The notes beneath the pieces are model-generated. The model saw only the letters and a list, made by a program, of their open reading frames with translations. It had not been told where the DNA came from and searched no databases. The position numbers and the translations under genes were made by a program. Source: Camelus dromedarius (lineage: Eukaryota). From it: 64,000 nt of DNA. Of this stretch, positions 1-12,195 are shown piece by piece (the stretch's first letter is position 1; the number at the start of each line of letters is the position of its first letter). Where the stretch lies: NCBI RefSeq assembly GCF_036321535.1, contig NC_087436.1, positions 39,310,001 to 39,374,000 on the forward strand, given 5' to 3'.

Positions 1-69
1 ATGCAGTTGGATACCCAGGTCCATGACTCTAAGTCACTGTGCTGTTGCTCATTCATTTCATGCTACATC

Positions 70-245
70 TGCAGCCCCATACTCGCTGATCCACGTGCCT
101 TTCTGAAATGTCTCCTTGGGTATCCTCACAGAAACCTCAGACTTAACATGTTCAAAAGTGGATTTTCGATGTCTACTCCCTAAACCTGTTCATTCTTTCA
201 TGTATCCATAAATGGCATTTTAATGCTCAAGCCAGAAGCCCAAAA
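70..245 (+). mobile_element. L2 LINE fragment
   Basis: L2-like tract (...gtctccttgggtatcctcacagaaacctcagacttaacatgttcaaaa...). Confidence 0.45.
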
Positions 246-3200
246 CTAAACAATTATAGCTAATAATAGAAAATAAGGGACGTGCTAATTTTTTGATATT
301 TACAACCTGTAAACAAGGAAGTAAGTTTTAAAATGTTTCTTGAAGGTAAATGATTACATGAATACTGTTACTCTCGCTGTGAATGGCATTTTAATTTATT
401 TTCCTCTGTAATAAATTACTTACTTATTTTTAGGTATAGTAAAATTTTAGGATTTTTTTCCTTATCTGAATAATACTGCCACGATTACTGCAATTAAGAA
501 AAAAAAACCTTCAAAATATCCTGATTTGACCTCTATCAGGAGAATTTATTTAGTACAGTTGTTTTTTTTTTTTTTAAAGTCAGTTCTGTTGTTTGACAAA
601 ACCTTTAAAGCATGTCATTGTGTTAGCAACGGACTATAAAAATAAACCTAACCCAAGCAGAATGTTCCCTGTGAGCATTTGCTTTGGAGATGTATGCTAT
701 TTCCAAGGGCATATCTATGTCATCTGTGTTTAATATTTCATATTCTGTTCATAAATTTTAACTTTTTTGGTATGAATTTTAAGTGAAACTCATTTCCATA
801 TTTAATATAATTTAACTATGAGGTATTTATTCAACAAAAGTAATCAGTTATCTTGGAAACTCTTTTGCTTAGTAACCTGTGGTTTTATTTTTGATGCTGT
901 ATTTTTAAGAACTGAGGTGAGGTAGAAATGGCATAGATTTCCAGTGCAGGCTCTGAAGTTTATCACTAATTTTGCATTTCTTTAACATAGGAAATCTTTA
1001 CATTTTGGACAAGTGCATACATCATCTAATTATATATGAAATGAAGTAATTTCACCTATAAACCAGATGGCAGAAGCTTTTACTCCATCTGTGAATAGAT
1101 TCAGGAATATCTGTGTGTATTTTTTTTAGATTATAAACGGATATCATAGTCAAACTAATTTCCTTTCTTATTGAATTAATTTAATCAGATAAACTTTTAT
1201 CCAAGACTTTAAACTTCACTTGATTTATAATCCCCTACTTACTCTGTAGGAACTGAGCTGGACTTTAGAGACATGGAGAAAAACAAGACCAGTTATTCTT
1301 GTCTAGAACTTACAGAAAATCTGCTAGTACACAGCTAGTTTTTGAACAAGGTGGAAAAGGCTCTGATGGGAATAACCTCGTTCTTTGGAATTTTGGTTCA
1401 GGGAAATTTTACCTTAGTTATGACTTAATGAATAAAGACGTTTGACGTTTTTGCTGTTATTAAATACTGCTTGTTTTTTCTTCATGATCGTTCATATTCT
1501 GATAGATGCGGTAGATAGGAAGAAGATGCCATTGGAAAGAAAGAGGAAGGGATGTCAGTGAGCTGACAAATGGAGTTAACAAAATAGGAAAAGACTGTCA
1601 GAGACTAAATCTGACACCGACACATGACCTCCACATCCCTCACCTGCAGAAGGGATTGCTTGGTCATGCATTCGACTTAGCCACTCTTGCTGGCATGAGT
1701 TGGCAGAGTTTTGGCAGAGTTTCCACTGTTGCTTAATGCACCAAAGGAATAAAAATTCTGCCCCACTGTAGTATTTTGTCTGTGTGCCAGCTTTTCTTAG
1801 GAAGAATAGCAGCTTATGAAGCAGGTGTGTATCTGAGTTTATAGATGTAGAAGTTCTACACGTTCTGGGGCTATTAAAGTCATACAGCTAATGAGAATGC
1901 TGCTGGAACTCGAGATGCCAAATATCAAGTTCTTTCAGCAACATCTGGCTGTAAAGGAGCTTGTTGAGGTTTTATTTGGTTAAACACATAGGATAGCATT
2001 CCTTTTTTCTTGCTGGCACTAGTTTTAGCATTGGGCTTCTAGTTCCTGCAAGCTTGTGAGTTATCCTGACATGTCCATCTGAGACCTATTTTCTTGAAGT
2101 CTTTTGACTTCAAGCTACTGCTTAGTACTTCTCGAAGGTGAAGGCCATGCAGACAGAACCTGGCAGTGGGCTGGGCACATGGTAAAGGTCTTAGCTGAGT
2201 AAATGCGCTCTCCTGAGGGTTAGATGGACATTTAAAGGACAAAGACAAGCCAAACCACAGAACTGTGGCACAGTGGTTGACTTCTAGGTGTTTTAGGCTT
2301 CAAACAAACTCTGGATAAAGAAAAAATTGTTTGTGAGGTCATAGATATATTCTATCACATATTAATAATTACCCATATCAATATATTCTATCACATTAAT
2401 GAGAGAAGTTGTATTTCATTGTAAAGAGCAGAACAGCAAAACAGGTAGGAAGAATTTTTGATCATACAAAGATATTTCAGAAACCAATAAAAATGGGCTA
2501 CTTTCTCCAAAGCACAATAGAGAGTGGCCAGTAAGTGGAACTCTGGGTTAGGAGCCAGGAAATGACTTTAGGTCTCCGCCGTGTCTTGTATTGTGACTCG
2601 GGCCTCCGTTGCCAAGAAGTAGTCTGGCTCTGATGTCCTAAATCTAGAAGTCTGCCGGTGTCTACTTTACTTTTCTCCTCTTTATTGGGCATTCAGCGTG
2701 GATTACCATGGATTTGTCACACATCCTGTATGTTTTTGGAGATTCATATGAACTTACTGCACAACCCAACCCAAAGTGGTTTCATTTATATTATACTTTT
2801 AGTATAAGAAATCTATAGTATATAATAATATAATTCACTTAAAAAGCACGTGAAGATTGTGAGACTGTGTATTTTTTCATATAGTCCCAGTTCAGCTAGC
2901 TTTAGTGATACATACGCTCTGAAATTAAGCTTATTACTGCATAATATCGTGCCCTTTAAAGAACTTAAACTTTGACTTAGATCTTAAATTCTTTTAAAAT
3001 GAAAGCTTCAAAAGCCTGAATCCATTTTTAACATGTGGTTATAGTCTTAAATTGTTTGCTTCAATGCAGAATTTTACAAGTATTAACATAAAAACTTGGA
3101 AAATTAAAATGTATGTACTCATGTAGAAATAGAGTTGTGAGTACAACATTAAAATGCTTAATATATAGAATTATTTTGGAAACTGAATCTTATCCCTTAA

Positions 3201-4194
3201 GGATTTTGGCCATTGTTCATATAGTGCTATGAAAAAGTACTATGAAAAAGTTTGGCAGCTGAAGAACAGAATGTTATCCCTTTTTAGAATGGTCTTACAG
3301 CAGACGTACAGGGGGCAGGGTGGGGTGCGGGTCACATTTGTCAGGGCAAAGGTTGTTAGAATTCTATTTTAAGTTGCAATTTAGAAGCCAAATGCCCCAA
3401 GCTTATTTTCTCAATCACAAAATTATTCATGTAAATCTTTGGTTTTTTATATTAACTTCAGGAGAAACAAGAATAAAAAAGGAAACATTCTTCCTTGGTT
3501 TAATTTTCAGGGAATCTCAGTGTGGGTTTTATGACCTTCAGTGCCTGGCAGTTGAGGGTACAGCATCCGTAACATAGGAGCCAGGAACACCAGGCTCCTT
3601 GGATGCTGAACGCTGGGCATCCATGAGGATACACCATGGGAGAGGACGTATGTTAGAGCCTCTTGCTATCATTGTCACCATCTCTAAGGCCCACATTTTC
3701 TCACATTTTAACATTTACAAAATGGGAATATATCTTATGAACAGTGACTTCTTGGCATTATGTCATGTTCAGTTGGAAGTTTTGATGATGTCCCTTATAA
3801 TTGATGGGATTTTAGAATCAGTGAAATACACGATCTATACCCTGCTTCATGAGTCCTAACTTCAGTCAGATTTTGTGGATATTTAGATAATAATACAAGG
3901 ACTTAAAATTTATGCAGTTGATAAATTTGACTGATCAAGTGTGAGAAAGCCAAAGTTTAGAAGATTTTCACTTGAAAGTTTCCTGAGCAACAGTTCTCAC
4001 TAAAGAAAAGGCTAAAACACCTCAATAAAGTCCTATTTTTAAGGAAGGAAGAAAAAGAAAGCCCTATGCAAATCTGTGCTTTTTATTGTTTTATGGAATG
4101 TTTGAATGCAGCACCCAAGTTTGTCTGAGACATGCGTGATTTGGGGAGCGATCCTTTGTCAGGAGTTAACATTGTTACAGGTAACGGGGTACAG

Positions 4195-4330
4195 GCAGGA
4201 ATTTGAGTGTCAGATGGAGTTGGGTGCACAAATCAGCTCTACCACTTCCAGCAATGTGACCTTGACATTTTACTCAACTTTTCTGAACCTCACTTCTCTC
4301 CTAAAATTATAACATTACTTAACTCTTAGT
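4195..4330 (+). mobile_element. MIR SINE fragment
   Basis: MIR core-like: cagctctaccacttccagcaatgtgaccttgac...ctgaacctcacttc. Confidence 0.55.
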
Positions 4331-4789
4331 TGTTTAAAAATAGAAGAAGTTGGTATAAGAAATGATCTCTCTATCATTATTGCTCTGATTATTTGCTGTA
4401 CAATATTAAAGTCCTCTTTGGAAAATTTCATTTAATCCAACCATCATTGATTTTGGGTGTCTACCATGTGCAAGGAAGAGAAGTGGGAAAAATACAGTAA
4501 CTTTAATTTACCTGAAGTGTATACGTCTAAGAGGGATATTATCACACCCCTTCAGTGATTCCAGCTACATAATCCGGTGTAGAAAGAAAGAGGAGACGGA
4601 TGTGGATGCCACAATTCTATTCGTATACAAGGGAACGAGTTAGCTACTCATTTGTATTTAAAAAGAGAAATTTTGCATGGTCTCTGTCATTTGACAATAT
4701 ATCATTGTTTTCTATTTTTACTATTTAAAGATAAGCACCCAGCATTATATAGACATTTCTGTAGCTTTCGTTTTTTCATAAGATGCTTC

Positions 4790-5090
4790 ATGGGCATTTG
4801 CTGGAATAATTTTCCCTCAGTCTCCCATACACTGTCCTGTCCTTTTAGCCAAGGTAGTTCCTATTCACTTTAGATTTTAGTTCAAAGTCACATCCTCGGG
4901 AGAGCTTTCTGATACCCCACATTATACTCCCTGGAGCTCTCCTTGTGCCTCTTTGTGTTTATGTGTTTGATTCCTGTCTTTCTCCCATTAGCTTCCATGA
5001 GGGTAGGGACCACATGTAACTTTTCCTCACTATATCATTCCCAAGATCTAAAACTATTCCTAGAATATTTTTGCACTAAATAAATATTTA
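4790..5090 (+). mobile_element. L2 3'-end fragment
   Basis: gctggaata...ttccatgagggtagggacc...cactaaataaatattt resembles the L2 3' terminus. Confidence 0.5.
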
Positions 5091-5610
5091 ATATGGTATT
5101 TTCATTATACAATATTATTGATGTACCGGAGTCAGTTAGAATTTTGAGGCCAAGGAATTTGATAAGATTTTCATGCAGAGTTCTGTGCTCCAACACTTCC
5201 TGAGCATCTAGTTTATGCAGACATGCTGCATTGGATACTGAACAAGTTCCAAGAGAATTTAAAAAGCAGCTGACAATCCAGGAGCCATGCTACGGTTAGG
5301 ACCTCTTTTTCAGAGTCATCTCCATCCAGGGATCAGATGTTTACTTGAATTTCTATGTTTTCCATCAAAGAAAATCCTTTATTCCCCATACTTTTGTTCT
5401 TAAAATATTCATTTGGGGACTTGCTGCAAATTATCCTTTCTTTTCACATTGATGGCAGACAGAAACAGTTATGCCAACTAGAATAACAGTTGCTTAAAGA
5501 ATTTCCTGGACCGTAAGATTCTTCATAAGTTTAGTTTACATTTCACTTTTATTCTCGTCTCCAGTACTTGTTTCTTTCAGTATCACTGCATTATAAACTG
5601 AAGATACAGC

Positions 5611-5623
5611 GTGTGTGTGTGTA

Positions 5624-5662
<39 letters not shown>
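5611..5662. repeat. Compound (GT)n/(GA)n microsatellite
   Basis: Seen directly. Confidence 0.9.
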
Positions 5663-5665
<3 letters not shown>

Positions 5666-6654
5666 GGAGGGTATATGAGATATACATGTTTTTTAAAAAG
5701 AGGCTTAGAATCTTTAAAATGTTACTGTTTGGGAAAATAAGAGCATCTTTGACTTTCTTGAACAACTTCTGCAAAATACAAGTAAAACAGAAGAACTATA
5801 ATTATAAAACCTAGCATATGTAGTCACCATGAAATTCATCCAGCACAAAGTTCACTTGTCTTTATCCTGAGCTGAACTGCCAAGGTCAGTCTTCAACATG
5901 GGAATGGGAGTTAAGTCTCTTTTTGTTTACTACATTCCATCCTCTCTTGTCCTCCACAGCTTAAAAAGTTCTGAAAACCTCTTTTATGTAACTACTTCAA
6001 ACATACAACTTTCTCCACATTTCTCCTTTCCGAAAGAAAATCTATTGGCTCATATTTATTGATCTGTATTATTTATTTGATAAATTAAGAATTTATCTCC
6101 TCTCTCCTTCCAGCTCACTACTGATATATAGTAAATATATAAATGCATTTATTTCTCCAGATGCTTTCAAATTGGTCACACATTTTAAAAATTGAATATT
6201 TTTTTCTCAGCCTTTTTTTTTTTAATCCATTTTCAAGTCTTCCCTCCAAATGGCTTTTGGCTGTTTGCCCAAATCAGATTAACTCACAAGAGGTAATTTG
6301 CTGCATCGCTTGAGGTGGCCCAGCCAGCTCACAGGGCTGCCCGCCAGGGATGGTGACACTGACAGCCGATCGGACTGCAGGGCCCTTAGACTCCTGTGTT
6401 GCTTTCCTTCTGGAAGCAGTTCATACAAAAAGCATCAGATAGGCCTGGTTAAACATACAGCTTCCGTCGGTGTCAGCTCTGAACAGTGAAGTGGTAATTC
6501 GACTTTCCTGTTATCCTTATTTGTAGAATCAGTTCTAACTGTATAAGCACACCTGGGTTTTAGGGATATTTCAGTTGTCTTGTACAACATAATCTGTGCA
6601 GTGTTCATTTTTATGAAGGATTATGAATTTACCTATTCTACTTTATTTCAATGA

Positions 6655-6790
6655 AGATTTAATTAAACAAATATTTATTGTTCACCCAGTACATGTCAGA
6701 TACTGTTCTTGGTCCCAAAATAGGTCAGTGAACAAAACAAAGATCTTTGTCCTCATGGAGCTCACAGTTTAATGCAAAGAGGCAAGACAG
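6655..6790 (-). mobile_element. L2 3'-end fragment
   Basis: aacaaatatttattg...tactgttct...cctcatggagctcacagt. Confidence 0.55.
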
Positions 6791-6814
6791 TTAACCTGAT
6801 GTAAGAAGACTGTG

Positions 6815-6945
6815 TTGTGGTAGCTCACAGTGAAAAGAAAAATGTGACAGTGAATATATGTATGTTCATGTATAGCTGAAAAATTGTGCTCTACACTGGA
6901 ATTTGACACAACACTGTAAAATGACTATAACTCAATTAAAAAAAA
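6815..6945 (+). mobile_element. Short L1 3'-end fragment, same family as the L1 at 27862-29422
   Basis: Matches the reverse complement of ~27862-27998 (gtggtagctcacagtgaaa...tgtgctctacactgga...gactataactcaattaaaa). Confidence 0.8.
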
Positions 6946-6958
6946 GGTTTAAAAAATT

Positions 6959-7060
6959 GTGGGGGGGTGGTGCGGCGGGAATAGCTCAGGGTAGAACACA
7001 TGATTAGCAGGCGTGAGGTCCTGGGTTCAGCCCTCAGTACCTCTGTTAGAAAAAAATATA
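6959..7060 (+). mobile_element. tRNA-derived SINE (camelid Vic-1-like)
   Basis: A box atagctcag.gtag, B box ggttcagcc, A-rich tail. Confidence 0.75.
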
Positions 7061-7589
7061 TATTTAACATTTAATGAAGGGAGGAAGAGAAGGGAGAGCC
7101 AGCGGGGGATGAGGACTGCCTGGGGGGGGCGGGTAGAGTGCAGGGCAGACAGGCAGGCTTGACTGAGGAGCTGTCAGTTAGATACGGACTTGACTCAAGA
7201 TAGGGGGATATCTTGTAGGTGTTTTCATGGCCATAAAGAAGGGTGATAAATGGAAGGAAGACTTCCGCTAACTTGTAGTTCTGCCAGAGAGACAAAGGAA
7301 GTTTGCTTCTAGGCTTATTATTTTTGACACTTTCATCTTTAAAGTGGAGTATTTTACAACTTTCCTTTGAGGAACAGAAAACTGCCAATTATTTTGTTAT
7401 GGAAGAAACAAACTTGATTCATAGGTTTTTAAGTCTAAAGTATATTTTCATCATCGGTGAACATTGTGCATTCTTACAGCAATTAAACATGTCTTCTGCA
7501 AGGGGCCCATAATTGGACAACAGAATACAATTCTTCCTTAGGGACGGGCGATAAACTCTAATTGGTCAAGGTTTAAAAGAAAGGTGGGA

Positions 7590-7664
7590 GCTCTGCTATG
7601 CACACGAAACTAACATTGTAAATTGACTATATTTCAATAACAAATAAGAATTAAAAATTAAATT
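7590..7664 (+). mobile_element. 75-bp 5'-truncated L1 3' end with 15-bp target-site duplication
   Basis: aacattgtaaattgactat..ttcaataa plus A-rich tail; flanks aaaagaaaggtggga (7575-7589) and aaaagaaatgtggga (7665-7679) at a TT/AAAA site. Confidence 0.75.
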
Positions 7665-10247
7665 AAAAGAAATGTGGGAAAATGTCTCTCAGCTATAGAA
7701 TTCCTGACTGTCCTAGCTCCTTGAGAAGCAGTGCCTTATTCAAGAGTTTCCAGCATCTGTTCCAGCGAGAAAAACAATGCTGATCTTTGTGAATATACCC
7801 GTAACTCGAAAGACTGCATCAGCATAACCCAATCCAAACAGACCACTTTGTTTGTGTTTAGCATACCATTTGTGATGTAGCCAATGACCTAGGACTGCCA
7901 TTCAGGAAAACTGATACTGTGGTGCTCTCTGAACTGCACCGGCATTTATTTTCCCTTTTGAAACTGGATGCCCTGTCACCAGGAGCAGCCCTTTCATAGA
8001 CTTCAGCGTATAGTCCAACTTGACCTTCCCACTGAAAAGCCCTCCTGGCATTCGAGGACCTGGGGAGAAAGGTCACAGCTGCATTTGCTTTAAGATGCTA
8101 TTGCCCATTGCAAGAGAAGAGCCTCCCAGTGAAGTTATCTGTGCGTATATTTGGATGAACTTAACATATTAAGGTTTATCGCACTCAGACTTAAACTTCT
8201 GTGATGAGAGAACTGGCAAATATCCTCCTGTCTAAACGTGACTTCTGTGTTTTTCTTCTTCCTTCACTTTTTTTTTTTTTTCATTCAGACTTCAGTTTTT
8301 TCCCCTTCTTCCTGCCTTCCTTTTCTTGTCATCTATTCAACAAATATTTATTGATAATTTACTCTGAACTGTAAGTCCAGGGGATCGGTGGTGAACCTGA
8401 GGTTTACCTAAGCTGTTAAGGAGTGAACTTTTTTATTTAGAAATTTACTTTAAAAACTAGAACTAACATTCAAACATCTTTTGAGTTTATTTTTAAAAGA
8501 GTTTTTAGGAATTGAATAAAATACAGGAGATGATGAAACAGAAATTCTAAAAATCCTTCATGGTAACTGTAAAAAAAACCTGATTTGCTAATTTATGAGC
8601 AGGTTTCAAAACCTATACCAACCATTGTTCCAAGGACATTGTTTTAGTTTAGTGAGTGGTAAAATCTCAACTATCTTGTCAGAGTTGTTACCATCTAGTA
8701 ACAGCTGATCTGAGGTGTGTGTGTGCGTGTGTATGTGGACCTGGCTTTAAAAACTCTCTATTAAATCACTCCAACCTTCCTCTTTAACTTCCTTCATCTC
8801 AGCAGGACCAGGCTACTTGCCTGCTGACCACCGACGTGCCCCAAGCTCAGATTTGTCTTCTTGAGCTGTGTTGTTCTCACTGTTCTCTGCCACTGGAATG
8901 TAACTCCTTGTAACTGCCCACCTCTTCCTCAAAAGAAGCCTTTATTGATCCCCCATCACAAGTGACTTCTTTTATTTGTGCCTTTTGTTTAGCACCTACC
9001 ATGAACTGCCCTGAGCTTATGACAATATATTTGTGGGTACCTGGTTGATATTTTGTTTGTTCATTCAAAAACTCTGGACTGCCCATTGTCTTGGGTATTG
9101 GGATAGAAGAGACACAACAATAAAACAAAACAAAACAAACAAGTTAGACCTGCAGGGCATGGGTCTGAGAATTTAGTCGTGATACCAAAAAGTAAGTGAT
9201 GAGTGCTGTCAGACACTGGGTCACACGGAACACATGGCTGAGAGGCCCACGCCTGTGTGGAGCGGCCCAGCGGAGACTTGGTCCCAGCTTAGATGGGGTC
9301 TCTGGGAACAAGCCAGGAGGAGAGAGGGGACCCCTTCGACTGTAACGGAAGAGGGGAAGGGAAACGTGAGGTAGGTGCTTGCAAATTCGTGAGGAGAAGT
9401 CAGGGGAGTTCCTGTCTGAGGTTTTCTGTTTTCTTTATGAGCAAGGAGGCGGAGTTACCTGCTGAGCTTATCTGAAGGATGAAATGAGGTTGAAAAGATA
9501 TAAAATAGCTCCTTAGAGAAAGAGAGAGAGAAATGGCAGGAGACCCTTCGTGGGTACCAGGCACCGCAAGGGGCTTGGTTCACGTCGTAGATGGCTGATG
9601 GCAGCTTCTCTGAAACTGCTTTTCTATGGAAGCGATCTGCAAGCTGCTTCTGAACATAGAGCATAGAAATGAAGGGGGATGGAAGCTCCAGCTCTGCATG
9701 TTGTTGGACAAGTGGCTTCCCTCACTGATGTCCATTCCCTTTTGAACCACATGGGTGGTAATTCCCACCCGTGGGGTTGTCACCATCTCAGCATCACACT
9801 GAGGCTTTCATACATGAAAACATTTTAAACTACAAATCATACAGGTAATCGTTATGATCTTACTTATATTATAAGTTTGAATTGGTCACATTTGTCAGGA
9901 TTTTGCAATGCTGGATAGACCAAAACAGAAACAATGGCCCCAAATCAAGAAAGACTAATTTCCACATTAAAGACATGTTCACATCCAACATACACTCTAG
10001 ATATAGTTATAACAAGAATAGACGCCACAGCAACATTGAAGGGAAAAAAATCGAAAATAATCTCTCAAGTGCCACAAACACTCCAACTAGAAAGAAGCTA
10101 ATTTTCTGGAGAACACGATGTTTTAGGTCAAAGGCCAACTGAAAACATCCTGGAAAAGTATAAACATATTCTTGTAATTAATATAATACATTGAAGTTTT
10201 TATAATCAGGCTCTCTTTCTTTTTAAAAGATGCATAGCATGATTTTT

Positions 10248-10394
10248 TAAAAATATTTTATTTCTTATTGTATTATTTATTTTATTTGGTGGGGGTTATT
10301 AGGTTTATTTCTTTTTAGAGTAAGTATGGGAATTGAACCCAGGACCTTGTGCGTGCTAGGCATGCACTCTGCCACTGAGCTATACCCTCCCCCC
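10248..10394 (-). mobile_element. tRNA-derived SINE (Vic-1-like) with degenerate TSD
   Basis: Reverse complement reads ggggagggtatagctcagtggcagag...ctgggttcaattcc; flanks catagcatgattttt / cataacaggattttt. Confidence 0.85.
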
Positions 10395-11776
10395 TCATAA
10401 CAGGATTTTTGAAAGGCATTCAGAAAACAGAGTTCTTTCATACTGTACTCATTATTCTTAAAAGTTCAACAAAATAATACTGCTGCTGAGAAAACATATG
10501 CCCAGTAGGTAGCCTGTTGTCCTGTGCCTTTTCCGTCCATGTTGGCTGACTGAATGTCATATATGGTGAAGCTAAAAAAAGGAAACACACATAAGCTGCT
10601 TCTCAGTTCTCTTTTCCTATGGAAATATCTTTAATAAGTGCAGTTGATACAGACACTCTCTGTTTTAGCTGCTGGCCATAATCCTCTGGGAATCTGACTC
10701 TGCTTGTCTTCAGCACGCCTAATAGTCTGAATGTTTAACATTTTAGAGGGTGGCTGTTCATCACAGGTTCTGGATTATCTTTTCACATACCATTGTTGTG
10801 CTTCTACTTATATCCCTCAATTAATCCAAATTACCAACTGACCTCTCTTGAGCTAGATCAAAAAAAAAAAGCAGCACCCCGACCTCAAGAAGCCGTGTGC
10901 CAGAGTCGCATTTGACGATAGGAAACCATTGCTGCGAGAGATACAGCTTCACAGTGGTTCCCTGGGGAGTATAACCTGATGTTGAGTATGATCCTGTATT
11001 GGGCTGGAGGACCGTGTCACCTTTTGGCAGGTCTTCTTGCTGGAAACCTTCTGGTCAGATTTAGGAATCACGGTAGGCAAAAATATATCTCCCATGACTG
11101 GTCACTGTTTAGCCTGGTATTCCTTCAGGCATTTAGTAAAGTAGAATATTGGTCATATGGGGAACAACTGTGTAGTCCCAGGACACTGATTACTTTCCTG
11201 AAGACTTCTAGTGGAGGAAATAAAAGGGGAGAAAAAAGGGAAGAGAAGTAGACATGGAAAATGGGAAATGTGTATTTTTTCAAAATCGGTAAACATGTAT
11301 TAGAAGACAGGGGAAAGTGGGTGGTTAAAGGGTGAGCTTGTGTATGTGTGTGTGTATTGGGACTTAGGTGAACTCGGGTCCTGAAAAATGAGGTGGGCAG
11401 TGAGTGGGGCAATGGAAGAAGAAAGCGGGGAGAGAGGCAGTTTTTACCTGGGAATATTCTAGAGATAGGCAGGAATACCTTCCCAAGTCAAGGTGTTCCT
11501 GCAGTCTCCGATTTGGCCACTCTGTCCTGTCTCTCCCCTCATTCACACCGCTGCCTGTGATTTGATGTTCCAGCAGGAAGCTAGGTGTCTGCTTTAGAAA
11601 ATCGTTTCTCCATCACCGTGCACTGCTGAGCAGCAGGATGCAGCTTCATTGTCTTTGCTTGGTTATTTCACACCTCAGATGCAAATGTGGAGGGAGGGGG
11701 TGGGTGCTGGCAGTGGGAGCGCTGGCATCCCGGTGCCTCCGCCTCCTGGGCTACCGTCAGCCTGCCTGCTGTGCTC

Positions 11777-11802
11777 GGGGGGGGGGGGGGGGGGGGGGGG
11801 GG
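11777..11802. repeat. Poly-G tract (26 G)
   Basis: Seen directly. Confidence 0.9.
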
Positions 11803-12178
11803 CTGCCGGTCCCTAAGATGCCTGTTTCCATACGTGCAGTCAAGGAAAAGTTGGGAGAGGATTAGAAGCTTTTAAAATATGTTTTCTTTTGGCTATTATT
11901 TTCAATAAATTTGGCACACTCTGGAATTTCTATATAATTGATGCTTAAAAATAGCCTGCATTTCATGTTTAATCACATTTTGTTTCACCCGCAATAGTTT
12001 TAACCATTATCAAAGGATTTTTCAAGAAAAGTATAGGTTTCTTAATTTTGTGATTGTAATAACTGACATAAGTTCAGTTAAATGTTATTATAGTTACATA
12101 AAATGAGTGTAGCATAATTACCTTGATTATTTTATTACCTAAGGAAATTACATCGTTTTGTTTCAATTTTCAGTTGTA

Positions 12179-12195
12179 CAGTGCCACCTACTGGA
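12179..12195 (-). promoter_or_regulatory. Candidate CTCF motif
   Basis: Reverse complement tCCAGTAGGTGGCACTg fits the CTCF core. Confidence 0.4.
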
